A stretch of DNA of 64,000 nucleotides from Isurus oxyrinchus. Its lineage: Eukaryota. The first letter of the stretch is position 1, and every line of letters begins with the position of its first letter. The DNA is taken from assembly GCA_026770705.1 (NCBI GenBank), contig JANJGN010000052.1, positions 310,001 through 374,000 of the forward strand, in the 5' to 3' direction. Shown here piece after piece: positions 37,122 through 50,589 of the stretch. Both the position numbers and the translations under genes were made by a program. The notes below the pieces were generated by a model. The model was not told the DNA's origin, searched no databases, and saw only the letters and a program-made list of their open reading frames with translations.

Positions 37122-38437
37122 TGTAATATGCCTTTCAGGGACAGCAGCATGACATCACTCGAGGGGAAGTGTGTCATGTGATTTTAGGAATTGGGTATAG
37201 CTTAAGTAAGTTCTATGTGTATTTGTGTGTGTTAGGGATAAGGTATATGTTTAAGTTCAAGTTTAGTTTGATTTCTGTATTTGTGTGTTAAGAAAGGGGG
37301 AAACTTCAGTTTTGGTTTCATTTTCGTTTAGCAATCTAATGGGGTTTGATGTCTCTTGAAGGAAAGTCAAAACAAACACAATGTGTAAGAAACTGTGCTA
37401 TTGCTAAGTAACAGTGATCCAGAGGGACGGACCCATAGAGACAGAGAAAAACAGAAATGTGCTTTCAGTTCTGTTGAAAGGAGTTGCCAGGAGAAGCAGC
37501 AAAGGAGCGGGACAGATAGTCAGTCCCAAAGTAAAGAAGAAGCCAAAGCCATCGAGTGGAACAGGAGAAAGGGCCAAGAAGACCTTCTACTCCAAAGAAG
37601 ATCAGGAATCTGAAAAAGGTCCTGTTAAGTCGAGATAAGATTGAGGAGCAGAGGAGGGATCCAAGCTAAAAGAGAAAAAGCAAAAGGACACAGACCTAAA
37701 GCAAAAAAGGCTTATTAGAAGCCAGAAGATCACAGGAGACAGCCAAATGTTGATGTCTCTTACTATGACCATGTGAAGCCATGGTGTTCCATTGGCATGA
37801 CTGAGCATTGGAGAGACAACGCGTAGAAGGAAGGCTGAATGCACGTGGCGATCCAGGGGGCAGGAACATGGGAAGGAGAGTTTGAAATCGTGGACGTGGA
37901 CCCTTGTGGAAGGTCTCTGAGTGAAAGTGTCATGTTAGAGAAGATTCCAAAGAGAGCACTTGACGAGTAGAGATTGGAAACTCTCATGTGAAAGATACAG
38001 TTTTGTAAGACCAGTTGCCTCATGGTGTAACAAGTGTCTGGAGTCAGTTGAGCTGAAACCCATAGCATTTGTTCCAATTGGGGTCTATCACTTGGTTACA
38101 GAATGTGGTGTCCCTGACACCAGGTCGTCTATTGGTTTGCATGAACTGTGTACTTAGTGTGAACATGAGAGTATAAGATAGTTATTGTAACTTGTATTCT
38201 ACTTATGAATCTGTAAATGTATAGGTCTGGGTGAAGGAGTAATGTAATATAGTTTGTCTTTCCTAGTTTAATAAATGTTTTATTCTTTTGTTAGAAGGTC
38301 ATCAGATGATTCCTGTGACTCTGTTCAGTAGCAGCACTCCACATTCCTAAATAAAAAATAAAAGTTAGGACCTATCAAGCTGAGTTCCACGCTGGGATCT
38401 GACTTGCCCAGTAGAAACATCAGCTGGGATGATAACA
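37122..38437 (+). mobile_element. Solo LTR-like element
   Basis: TGTAAT...GATAACA termini with internal AATAAA. Confidence 0.55.
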
Positions 38438-38439
38438 CC

Positions 38440-40430
38440 ATCCAGTCCAAGTTTCACTTTGGCCTGTGAGCAGAACACAGCTCACACAGTTTGGCTGCAG
38501 GTGTCTCCCAGCTTTCTATCCTTGTATATCTGTTCTCATGTCCCCATTCTAAATAACTGAACCCACAATGTATTTACCCAATTCCGTATCAGTGGCTGGT
38601 GCCTTTATATCATTATAAAAACACAACATGGTGATCAGCGGTGGCCAAACATTCTGGCAGCAAGATTCAGTACAGGTATGACGTGGTGAACAGCCTGAGA
38701 TCGAGCTACATGACATGAGACGACCCTCGATGCTTTGGTCAGACCACAACAGAGACACAGCATCAGAGAGGGTTGAAATTGCAGTGTACTGACTGCTCAG
38801 GAAACCTTTGAAGACACAGTGACGGGAAAGAGCTCAAGTAAAGAGCTGGGGAGCAGACGGATCCCTCGTGGTGAGATTACAGCACACGGCCTGTAGGTCA
38901 GTGAGTGGGACAGTGTGTATCGCCAGGACCAGCAGCGGGTTAGCTCAGTCAGGGAAGGCGAGTGACCAGGGTGTGGGCTGGATCGATAGTGAGCGAGGGA
39001 GAGTCAAACACACAAAAACCATTATAAAAATCAGCCCAGAGAAGTTAGTGATTATAACGGGCGGCTTTGAGATTGCTGAACAGCAAATTGAATAAAAACA
39101 AAGACTTCATTACTCCGTGGTGTGTTCCTGCCACAACCCGTCTTCGTGGGCGGAGCTTCGGAAAAGCACACAAAAAGGGCTAAAGCGACACTCATCCCAG
39201 ATCCTGTAGGAGAAGGAAGGTCAAAGGAATATTGTCAGAATGTCCACGAAATTCCCCAGTTTGAACTGGGATGTAGCTGACCGACTATCTGAATTCAGAA
39301 TGTTTAAACAGCGTACAGAGCTCTGGTTTCCTGATTCAGGTGTGACTGAACCAGACGAACCGCCCATAAAAATTCACCTCGCGATTGGGAATGAAGGTCT
39401 ACACAGGCTGAACACGTCAGGATTAACAGCAGAAGAGCGAAAGGATCCCCAATAGATATGGACGACATTGGAAGACAGGTTCAGAATCAGGTGAAACTCC
39501 ATATTCATCAACTAGAGTTTATGTCATTTCATCAGCCTACACAATCCATAGACCACTTCATCAGCCGATGTAGAGAAAAGGGTACGCACTGTGATTTCAA
39601 ACACAGAGCCTGCAGACACAGTTGTTGAGTTGGTGATCGCTTCCATTCCCATGGAAGCCTTCCAGAAAGATCTGCTAGATAAGACCAAAACCTATAGCAT
39701 TGAAGAGCTACTCAAGGATGGACATAAATACGAAGTGATCCTCGCAGGTCAACGAAGCTTACAGGTCCTCAGTACAACATCAATTGTTGACACACTCACT
39801 AGAACATCCAAACCTAGTGAGACGTGTGGAAGGTGTGGCCTTCGGCAGGCACCAAGGAAATGCCCAGCTTTCCACCAATCCTGCAAGGCTTGTGGCAGAA
39901 AGGGCCATTGACAGCGGCAGGGCACGAGAGCAAAGGCTGATGCAGTTACAAAGAGCCGTGCGCTGATCCAAACAGACCCTACACAATGGGGAACCTTCAA
40001 GCAATAAGAATGACCAGCCGCTATCCCATCAGGAACATATACATGTGGTGATTGACAAACCAGGAAATGGCGATGATGTGCATGGCGAGACGAGGAGCGG
40101 TGATCGATATTCCACCTCTCACACATATCCTGACGTGGCTTGCCAATAAATTGTGGATTGTGGTCTTTATTGATCTTTCTGGGCACATCGAATAAACTGA
40201 AAATGTCCCATAGGGGTGGGATTTTCTGGCCCCACCCACTGCCAGGATTGTCCGGTCCGGCCGAAAGCTAATGGATTTATGTCTGTCCCAGTCTCAGAAA
40301 CTACCCCATTACCTCTGTTCATGACATAACATTGAAATATGCAGAAAGTTTCAACAATATTGGCAGTTTCAAGGGAGCTGCATCATTACACCTGCAGGAG
40401 AATGCAAGTCTGTCAGACTCCTTGCATTCA
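38440..40430 (+). mobile_element. Gypsy-like LTR retrotransposon remnant
   Basis: Paralog of 5180-7175; PBS-like 38629-38644; gag knuckle in ORF 39591-39911. Confidence 0.75.
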
Positions 40431-41802
40431 AATAAATACAATCCAACTTTGTCACACTATCTTGTGCCTTAACTGGCCAATAATTTCTATGCCTTCCAGT
40501 TTCATTTGCTCTCTCTTCTAATTTTGGCTGTGCCTCTCCCTCTGCTGAACCTCCTCTCGGGATCCCATCCCCTGCCATGTTAGTTTAAAGCCTCCCCAAT
40601 TGCATCAAGGGCAAAATGCCAATTGAAACCAGGGACAACATCCAAGAATGACAATCCCACAGATCACTGTGAGCTTTTAAAGACACCTCCAGACAAGGTT
40701 ACCACCACAAGATCTGGGCGTCACAGCAGATCACGTCAATGCGTTAGAGACTCAAATATTAGCAGATCTAAACACTTGTATAATTGTCAAGAAATTTGAA
40801 AATGATACCAGAAACCTCTTGTTCCCTGTCCTTCTCAAAGATCCATCCCTGCAGCGGTAGCCTTAAGAGTTATTGATGTGGGGCTTAATTTATCAGATTG
40901 TAGAATGATCTGGAACAGAAGGAAGCCATTTGCCCATCGAACATGTGCTGGGCCTTTGAAAGTTCTGTCCAATTAGTCCCACTCTAACCTCTGCTCTCTC
41001 CCCCACAGCCCTGCAAAATGTCCCCTTCAAGTATTTATCCAGTTCCCCTTCTGAAAGTTCCTGTTGAATCTGCTTCCACCGCCCTTTCAGGCAGTGACTC
41101 AATGGTCTCTCTCTGAGCTGCAAAGTGCTAATATTCTGTGAATTTAAAATTCTGCAGCAGGTCAGAGACAATCATGATAACTCAGAATATTTGACAGTTT
41201 TACACACGGACAGCTTTACCTTCCTTCTCTCTTTCAGTTATCTTGCTCCCTTATTGAAGTATCTAGCAAGGTGAGAATGGACAGGAAGTGTGACACTGAA
41301 CAGCCTGTCTATTCTAGGAGCTGCTGTGTTGTCTTCATGGGAAATTCTGATTAAAATCAGCAAAAGACACAAAATTACAGCGCATTGTTATCCGTGTCCT
41401 AGCATCGGGATAGACTTCATCCCCCAGTTTTTATCCCTGATTCTCTATGCAGCCGATCGCTCCCCTGTCACTCACTGACCTACACTGACTCCCAGTACAG
41501 CAATGACTCAAATTTCAAATTCTCATCATTGATTTCTTACCCCACCATTCCCCCTCTACACTCTCTATCTGTGTAACCTCCTCCAACCCTAAAACCCTCT
41601 GAGATCTCTGCTCTCCTCCAAATCTACTGTCAGACAGGGAGTCAGTGTATATCAGTGAGCACAGGGGTGATGGGTGAATGGGACTTGGTGTGAGTTTGTA
41701 CACTGCCTCACTGCTGAATCAGTTCCCAATCAGAGCTCAATAAGAATGATCTTTTACAAAGACTATTCACCATGAATCTGTCCGAGCTGACGATGATATT
41801 AC

Positions 41803-41842
41803 CTTGGAGAAGCGACAGGAGGAAGTAAGATTTCCCGATCAT
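41803..41842 (-). CDS. Gene C leader exon, coding part
   Basis: MIGKSYFLLSLLQ+G, GTAATA donor, upstream TTTCTCTTTCAG acceptor. Confidence 0.88.
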
Positions 41843-42124
41843 TGTCCACTCCCAGATATTTCCTCAGCTTCTAACTCTGAAATTCTGAAAGAGAAAGGAG
41901 TTAATGAGACTTCACCTCTTGTCCTACAGCTCTCGAGAGATCAGAACTGATTTTAGACAGTATCTTCACAGACTAATTTGATTCTCTGTGGGATGATAGG
42001 TGCTCTGCAGAGAGTTACAAGGCTTTAAGAAAGAAAAGCAAGGAAGGACTTGCATTTCCATAGCACCTTTCACCTCCTCAGGGTGTCCCAAAGCTCATGT
42101 CTCTGCAATTCCTCATCCCTTTGG

Positions 42125-42378
42125 TGCCAAGACTGTGGTTGAATGGCCTCATCCTGTTCCCGTGTAACAGATTCAAGGTGGCTAAATAGGCCTCTTCCTT
42201 TTCCTGTGTGACAGGCCCGAGGGGGCTGAATGGCCTCCTCCTGTTCCTGTGTAACAGGCTCGAGGGGCTGAATGGCCTCCTCCTGATCCTGTGTAACAGG
42301 CTCGAGGGACTGTATGGCCTCCTTCTGTTCCTTTGTAACAGGCTCGAGGGACTGAATGGCCTCCTTCTGTACTGTAAC
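42125..42378. repeat. 42-bp tandem repeat resembling the CR1 3' tail
   Basis: TAACAGG recurs at 42252, 42294 and 42336; the unit contains GGGCTGAATGGCCTCCTCCTG. Confidence 0.8.
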
Positions 42379-42452
42379 CTTGTTGCTGTAACTGCCTCTT
42401 TTGTTTCATTCAGCTGAATCTTCAGCTCTTTAGTCTATTCCTTTTATCTCTT

Positions 42453-42810
42453 GGGTCAGTACTGAGGGAGTGCTGCACTGTCGGAGGGTCAGTACTGAGG
42501 TGGTGCTGCACTGTCAGAGTGTCAGTACTGAGGGAGTGCTGCACTGTCAGAGGGTCAGTACTGAGGGAGTGCTGCACTGTCAGAGGGTCAGTACTGAGGG
42601 TGTGCTGCACTGTCAGAGTGTCAGTACTGAGGGAGTGCTGCACTGTCAGAGTGTCAGTACTGAGGGAGCGCTGCACTGTCGGAGTGTCAGTACTGAGGGA
42701 GTGCTGCACTGTCGGAGGGTCAGTCCTGAGGGAGTGCTGCACTGTCGGAGGGTCAGTACTGAGGGAGTGCTGCACTGTCAGAACTGCCATACTTCAGATG
42801 ATGTTTGAAA
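42453..42810 (+). repeat. 33-bp minisatellite running into SINE core sequence
   Basis: The array ends in ..GCACTGTCAGAACTGCCATACTTCAGATG; array plus flank is duplicated at ~45228-45695. Confidence 0.88.
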
Positions 42811-43549
42811 TTAGCAACATGCCTCGTTTAAAATTCTAAATCATCAGCTCAATATAAATGGATTAGTCCTGTACGTTTCACTTTACTGCAAATTGTTCAT
42901 GGTTTCATTTCCTTGTTAACCAGGCTCATGTGATGACTATTTTTAAATAATGTTTGTTATTTGGAACAAGGGGCCATGCCTGAACAGATAACTGTCGGAT
43001 CAAGCAGCTGGGATTTTTCTTGAACCTGGCTTCATTCAGATGTTTGCTGCTGGACATGAGATCATTAATGTGTGAATGTAGAATCGGAGTCACCTCAGTG
43101 AACAGCAGCACTGGTTGAACAGCCTGATCTGCAATAAGAACTGCTGAACACAATGTCCGTTCAGAACAGCTCGGTCCCCGATCAGAGAAACAGCCTCAGA
43201 CAGAACCAACTGACGCTGGAATCCATACAATTCATCAACGTGTTGGGAGTTAGTTTGATGTCGGAGTTGGAGTGTTCCTGGGAAGGATGGAACCCGTCAG
43301 GATGAACAGCTCGATGTACGACAAGGAAAGGATGAGCTAAGAGGGGTTGGTCACGGACAGACGGAGCATGTGAAGACTCAACAAGCTAATGGCAGGTGAA
43401 GAGCTGGAAAGGTGTCTTTTCAACACAAGGTTTAGACACAGAACTCGATGTTTGATCGGGTATTTCAAACCAGAGAAACTCTTTACAGGGTGAATGGACC
43501 TTGTCAATAATCCATCCAGCCAACCTCGCCTGGAGATTAGTCCAATATT

Positions 43550-43780
43550 AGACATTAAACCGAGACCCCCGTCTGCCCTCTCGGGCGGGTGTGAAAGATC
43601 CCACAGCCACTATTTGGAGGAAGAGCAGGGGGGAGATCTCCCCGGTGTCCTGGGACCAGTATTTATCCCTCAACCAACATCACTGAAAACAGATGCTCAC
43701 ATTGCTGTTTGTGGGAGCTTGCTGTGCGCTAATTGGCTGCTGCGTTTCCTACATTACAACAGTAACCACACTTCAAAAAA
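43550..43780 (+). mobile_element. Deu-domain-type SINE 3' portion
   Basis: TTAAACCGAG..CCCGTCTGCCCTCTC..GAAGAGCAGGGG..CACATTGCTGTTTGTGGGAGCTTGCTGTGCG; related fragments are scattered through the window. Confidence 0.7.
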
Positions 43781-44291
43781 AGGGTGAACTCTATTGTAAA
43801 GTGTTCTGGGACATCCAGAGACCATGCTGTACAGAAGAGATTTGACAGGAGCAGCAAATGTTTTACTTACAGGAGAATGAGTCCCCAGGGTTGTAGAGTC
43901 AATCCTGTCAGATGAATGTCTAACTGGAGACACTTCAGGGAGCTGATCTAATTCTGGAAATGTTCAGTTTAGCAGGATCGGAGGAGAGATGATCTTCCTC
44001 TCCTGACTGCATCGGACACGAGGTGAACTGGCTCTGGGAGGAGGGTCAGTGTTAACCCAGTTTTTCTGTGTTTGAGGGAGATGTGAAACTGGGGAAGTCA
44101 CGTGGTTTTTTGGTGTGGTCACTCCATGTCTTTATTTGGTGCAGCACTCATTTAGTTCATGTCGTTGTTTCAATGCTACAAAACCACAGTGCATTCTGGA
44201 CTATTTCTGCCTGACCTGCTGTCAGATACACACAGTCTGACAGAGAGGCGGAAAAGTGGTCCCTAGCAACGTGTGAAACTGTGAACTCGAC

Positions 44292-44560
44292 NNNNNNNNN
44301 NNNNNNNNNNNNNNNNNNNNNNNNNNNNNNNNNNNNNNNNNNNNNNNNNNNNNNNNNNNNNNNNNNNNNNNNNNNNNNNNNNNNNNNNNNNNNNNNNNNN
44401 NNNNNNNNNNNNNNNNNNNNNNNNNNNNNNNNNNNNNNNNNNNNNNNNNNNNNNNNNNNNNNNNNNNNNNNNNNNNNNNNNNNNNNNNNNNNNNNNNNNN
44501 NNNNNNNNNNNNNNNNNNNNNNNNNNNNNNNNNNNNNNNNNNNNNNNNNNNNNNNNNNNN
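44292..44560. other. Assembly gap
   Basis: Run of N. Confidence 1.
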
Positions 44561-45155
44561 ACATCAACGTTCACTCTCACTCCCTCTCTCAAATGCACAA
44601 TCTCCCTCTCTCTCAGACACGCACACCACCTCTCTCTCGCACACTCCCTTTCTCAAACACACACACCCTCTCTCTCACACACACACACATACACACATTT
44701 TCACTCGTTCACTCTCTTAAACACACCCACACTCCCTATCTCAAACACACACTCTCTCACATACTCAAACTCTCTCACAGACACACTCTCTCTTTCGCAC
44801 ACACACTATCTCACACACACATTCTCTCTCTACCTTTCTCTCTCACACATAAACTCTCTCTCACTCTCACACAGATATTCTCTTTCTCTCACACACACTC
44901 TCTCTCTCACACACACAAGCTACCTCCCTCTCTCATGCACACACACTCTACCTCTCTCATGCTCTCTCACACACACTCTCTCTCTCACACACACAAGCTA
45001 CCTCCCTCTCTCATGCACACACACTCTACCTCTCTCATGCTCTCTCACACACATTTTCTCTTTCTCTCTATCCTTCTCTCTCTCAAACATACACACTCTC
45101 ACTGTCTCACACGCGCATTGTCTCTCTCTCTCACACACTCACTCTTTCTTTCTGT
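44561..45155. repeat. CT/CA-rich low-complexity microsatellite
   Basis: Direct inspection. Confidence 0.9.
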
Positions 45156-45227
45156 CTCCGAGACGGAAGTTTGGGGTTTTGAGGCCATCTCAAGGTTTCA
45201 GCTCAAAACGCAGATGGACACTCACCA

Positions 45228-45545
45228 GTGAGGGAGTGCTGAGGGAGTGCTGCACTGTTGGAGGGTCTGCACTGAGGGAGTGCTGCACTCCCATACAGTC
45301 AGTATTGAGGGAGTGCTGCAATCCCAGAGGGTTAGTACTGAGGGAGTGCTGCACTGTCGGAGGGTCAGTACTGAGGGAATGCTGCACTGTCAGAGGGTCA
45401 GTACTGAGGGACCGCTGCACTGTCAGAGGGTCGGTAGTGAGGGAGTGCTGCACTGTCAGAGGCTCAGTGCTGAGTGAGTGCTGCACTGTCAGAGGATGAG
45501 CACTGAGGGAATGTTGCTCTGTCAGAACTGCCATATTTCAATTGA
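45228..45545 (+). repeat. 33-bp minisatellite
   Basis: Same unit as the other arrays. Confidence 0.88.
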
Positions 45546-45715
45546 TGTTTGAAATTAACAACATGCCTCATGTATAATTATATATCATCAGCTCAAAATA
45601 AATAGAGTATTCTTGTACATTTCACTTTACTGTAAATTGTTTGCAGTTTCATTTCCTTAGAAACCAGGCTTGTGTGATCACTATTTTTAAATAACGTTAA
45701 TAATAAAGATGCGAC

Positions 45716-46093
45716 AATACACACACACACAGGTACACACACACACACGCACATACACAGACACACACACACACACACATAGACACAGACACACACACAC
45801 TCACACACGTTCACAGAGACGCAGACACACACATACTCACACACATTCACACATGTTCACACAGACAGACACACACACACTCACACAAGTTCACACAGAC
45901 ACACGCAGACACATACACACAGACACATAGACACACGCAGACACACAAAAACACTCACACACGTTCACACTGACACACGCTTCCACAGGCAGACACACCC
46001 ACACACTGACACAGACAGACATACACACACACACTCACATAAATTCGCACAGACAGGCACACAGACAGACACACACACACACACACATAGGCA

Positions 46094-46133
<40 letters not shown>

Positions 46134-46135
46134 CC
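45716..46135. repeat. CA-rich microsatellite
   Basis: Direct inspection. Confidence 0.92.
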
Positions 46136-46139
46136 CAGA

Positions 46140-46940
46140 CAAACGTCAGAATTAAAAAGTTAGAGTCTAATAAAAATTTAAAAGAATATATGATTAATAC
46201 CTTTGCTTGTCTTTGAGAAATAAATTGTTGAAGGTTGCAGCTGTTCAAGGTTAATTGGTTTCCTGTGGCATCCTGGTGGTGATTTGATTCAGATTTGCAC
46301 TTTGTTGAAGATGCTCTGTTAGCTTCAGAAAGAGAGAGAGAGAGAGAGAGAATTTCTGCTCTTTTCCAGCAGTGTTTTTGGGTGACTGCCATCTTTCTTT
46401 TTCCTCCTACTTTCTCTTATATCTGCTTGACAGAACCTGTTGTTAAACTCCTGTCTGTATATCCCAAAAGGGAATTCGATCAGCATGTCTTGCATTCATT
46501 GTTACAGACCAAGTTATCCCATTTTTTGATCTTTGCATCTCTGAAACATTTGATGCATTTCAAGATATAAATCAACACGAGATGGAGGCATTTCATCCTC
46601 CACAAGGGGTTTTGAATGGTTGATGAATATCTGCATGCTGAGCAGATCCCATTACCTTGATAGACCTACAGTGATCAGAGTCCAGCGCTTTGCATTTTTA
46701 AGGGAGCCCCTGTTTCAAGTGGACCCTGACACACCTCAGTGAGAACTTTCATGCAACATGTCTGTAGTGCAATTCATTTGAAACTTTCCAGAGAAGTGAT
46801 CAAGTTTGCAGTATCAGCAATCAGGTGACTCGTGACAGCCATTTTTGATCAATGTCTAATCTTGTACTTTTGAAAAACAGGTCTCTTTTAAACAGTTCAA
46901 TACATTTTTGGCTCATTGGCTAAGTTGAAGGAAGCTCTGT
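46140..46940. repeat. ~800-bp interspersed repeat, direct copy at ~49065-49910
   Basis: Shared blocks such as GGGAATTCGATCAGCATG and AAGTGGACCCTGACACACC. Confidence 0.7.
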
Positions 46941-48113
46941 TATGACATAACAGATGGTAAATGCTGAGCTGTTCAAATCCTGGAGGGAAACTTGAAACAA
47001 CTGACACAACTAATTTCCAACTTGTATGTTTTGAGATGTGGGCTTTGAATTCAGTAGTAATGAGATTAAGAGGTTTAACAGGTAATTCTGTTCACCTCAA
47101 CAGGTTCACCACTTGTCTGATGCAGTCAGGAGAGGAAGATCATCTCTCCTCCGATCCTGGTAAACTGAACATTTCCAGAATTAGATCAGCTCCCTGAAGT
47201 GTCTCCAGTTAGACATTCATCTGACAGGATTGACTCTACAACCCTGGGGACTCATTCTCCTGTAAGTAAAACACTTGCTGCTCCTGTCAAATCTCTTCTG
47301 TACAGCATGGTCTCTGGATGTCCCAGAACACTTTACAATAGAGTTCACCCTTTCTTTGAAGCGCAAGAGGTTTTTATAAAACTAAATTAAACATTGATTA
47401 ACAAGAAAAATGATTTTTAAGCATTCACATATGTCTATAAATTACCACGATAATAACTTCTAAATCTCTTAATTAATCTAACTTCCATTTACACTTTTGT
47501 TAAGGCAGCAGTAAAACACAGAGACTTTAAAAGTCCCAGGAAAAGTAAATGATACTCTGAATAGTAGTGTTCAAAGTGAGTTTTCTTAACTTCAGTCCCT
47601 GGAGGCAGCAGTTTGGTACATGCAGTCTGAAGGCTTTTCACCGTTGCTAGTTCTTAAAAACACCAACCCTTACACACAGCCTTCACTCCTTGATACATAT
47701 TTTCTCCTCTGAACGCAAATTCCCATTGTTTCACTATGTCTTTGGACTTTATCTTTGTAATAATACAAATCTCTCATAGCCCTAACTTTTACCTGAGCTT
47801 TGGCAAAAATAAACACACTGTTTCTTATCTTGACCTGGCTCGGTGACACATTTCTCTCCTTCTTTGAAAACAATCTAGTTTGGTTTAATTTAAAATGCAA
47901 ATTGCTTCCTTTACACTTCACATTCTAAAACTTCCCCATGTTTACCTAATAAACAGTTTACGAACTTCTCACATCAAAAAACCCGGACCAGCTTCCTCTA
48001 ATTCAAATAAGTCTCACACAAACACATCACAGACACATGTGGACACAGAGACCTGGACTCTATTTTACAATAAATTCCAATAACATTATGGAGATTATTA
48101 TATATTCCTGACA
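46940..48113 (-). mobile_element. LTR-like element carrying a 288-bp insert
   Basis: TGTTATGA...CCTGACA ends; patchy similarity to 53999-54960. Confidence 0.55.
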
Positions 48114-48140
48114 TGCTGTCACTCAGTCGCAGTTTCCTGT

Positions 48141-48363
48141 NNNNNNNNNNNNNNNNNNNNNNNNNNNNNNNNNNNNNNNNNNNNNNNNNNNNNNNNNNNN
48201 NNNNNNNNNNNNNNNNNNNNNNNNNNNNNNNNNNNNNNNNNNNNNNNNNNNNNNNNNNNNNNNNNNNNNNNNNNNNNNNNNNNNNNNNNNNNNNNNNNNN
48301 NNNNNNNNNNNNNNNNNNNNNNNNNNNNNNNNNNNNNNNNNNNNNNNNNNNNNNNNNNNNNNN
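48141..48363. other. Assembly gap
   Basis: Run of N. Confidence 1.
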
Positions 48364-48580
48364 CGGGGAGTGAACTGGCTCCCTTTCTATTCAAACCCCA
48401 TGGTTGGTCGCAAAAAAGCGTTTTAAAATATATTTTCCCCCAAATGCAATTTCCAAAACAAGTGTCTTTGGTTGTTAAGAGTGAACCAATTAAACCATGT
48501 TTGGTTGAGTCAAAGAAAGAGTAATTTTATTAGTTACCTAACTGGAGAAAAAATAATAAAACTGTGACAAAACACACACA

Positions 48581-48773
48581 NNNNNNNNNNNNNNNNNNNN
48601 NNNNNNNNNNNNNNNNNNNNNNNNNNNNNNNNNNNNNNNNNNNNNNNNNNNNNNNNNNNNNNNNNNNNNNNNNNNNNNNNNNNNNNNNNNNNNNNNNNNN
48701 NNNNNNNNNNNNNNNNNNNNNNNNNNNNNNNNNNNNNNNNNNNNNNNNNNNNNNNNNNNNNNNNNNNNNNNNN
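48581..48773. other. Assembly gap
   Basis: Run of N. Confidence 1.
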
Positions 48774-49062
48774 ATGCATACACAAACAAACGCACACACG
48801 CACACATAAACACACACACACACACACTCACAGACAGGTACACAGAAATGCATAGTCATACACAAAGGCACACACACACACAGACAGGCTCACACACACA
48901 CAGACAAATGCATGCACACACACAAGCTCACACAGACAAGTACAAAGACACTACTCATACACACAGACAGGCACAGACACACACACACACACGCTCACAC
49001 AGGAAGGCACACACACACACACACACACATACACAAACACACACATACTCACAAACACAGAC
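48774..49062. repeat. CA-rich microsatellite
   Basis: Direct inspection. Confidence 0.9.
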
Positions 49063-49945
49063 AGATATCAGAGGTAATATAATTATAGAGTGCAATAAAA
49101 ATTTAAAAGAGGATATGATTAAATTGTTTGCTTGTCTTTGTGGTGTCGGTTGTGAATGTTGAAGCTGTTTTAAATTAGTTGGTTTGCTCTAGAATCCTGT
49201 AGTTCATCTAGCTCAGACTTGGATGTGTTTGAAGACATTCTGTTAGCTTCAGACAGAGAGAGAGAGAAAGCGAAAGAGAGACAGAGAGAGAGAGAGAGAA
49301 GGAAAAATCATTTCTGTTCTTTTCTAGCAGGGTTTTTAGATGACTGCCATATTTCTTTTTCCCCTCCTTTCTCTTATATCTGCTTGGCAGAACCATTTGT
49401 TAAACTTCTGTCTGTATATTCCTGAGAGGGAATTCGATCAGCATGTTTTACATTCATTGTTATAGTCCAAGTATTCCCATTTTTTATCTTTGCATCTCCA
49501 AAACATTTGATGCATTTCAAGATATAAATCAACAGGAGATGGGGGTATTGCATCCTCCACAGGGGGTTTTGAATGGCTGATGATTATCCGCTTGGTGAGC
49601 AGTTCCCAATGTTTTGACAGAACTACAGCTGATCAAAGTCCAGCACTTTGCATTTTAATACCTTCCTTTGAAGAGTGTCCCTGTTTGAAGTGGACCCTGA
49701 CACACCGCAGGCGTGAATTTCCATGCAACAGGACTGAAGTGCAATTCATTTGAACTTTTCCAGAGAAGTGATCAACTTCACAGTATCAGCAATCAGATCA
49801 CTTGTGTCAGCCATTTTTCACCTGTGCACAATCTTGTATTTCTTTTAAAAATAGGTCACTTTTAGACGGTTCAATACATCTTTGGTCTGTTAGCTAAGTT
49901 GTAGGAAGCTCTTAATCGCAGTTTGCTGTCGTTGGGATATTATCT

Positions 49946-50140
49946 TTGTGTGTGTGTTTGTACATGCGTGTGAGTGAGTGTGTGAGTGAGTGTGTTTGTG
50001 TGTGAATGTGAGTGTGTTTGTTTGTGTATGTGTGTGTGCATGTCTATGTGTGTGAGTGTGAGTGTGCCTGTGTGTATGTGTGTCTGTCTGTATGTGTGTG
50101 TGTGTGTGTCTGTGTGTGTGTTTTTGTGTGAGAGAGAGAG
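49946..50140. repeat. GT-rich microsatellite
   Basis: Direct inspection. Confidence 0.9.
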
Positions 50141-50589
50141 CATTTCACAGAGTGAAACTTCCCTGAGTGTGGCCGGTGTGTTTAACATTAAAGCCACACA
50201 GACAGGATGTGGTTAAAAGGTGAAACCACAAGGAATGAGTGTGTTTCTCAGTGACTGTCTCTCTGTGGGTTTCCTGTGGGTTTCTGTGAACTGCCTGTGG
50301 TTTTAAAAAGAATCTTCCAACCCCACATGCACGGCATCAAATAAGGAATTGGAAGCTGCTGCTCAGAGAGTAACTAGTCCCCCGAGAATTCACAGCCCCT
50401 CAAACACAGATTAACAGCATTAATCCTGACCGTCAGCCCACTCACTCATTGCCTCTTGTCTCAGACACTAGAAAGTGGAAGTTAAGGACGGATTTTCACT
50501 CCCGGGTCGGGGGTCACAGAGACGGCAGAATTCCCGGCTCCGCCAACTCGACCTCTAAACATGTCAGTCCCAGATTCCGATGTATGTCC

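Noticed and set aside
43771-47361. Terminal inverted repeats of a DNA transposon
   Set aside because: The direct repeat flanks only the right-hand copy, and no transposase is visible between them.
44157-48877. ORFs spanning N runs
   Set aside because: Artefacts of assembly gaps.
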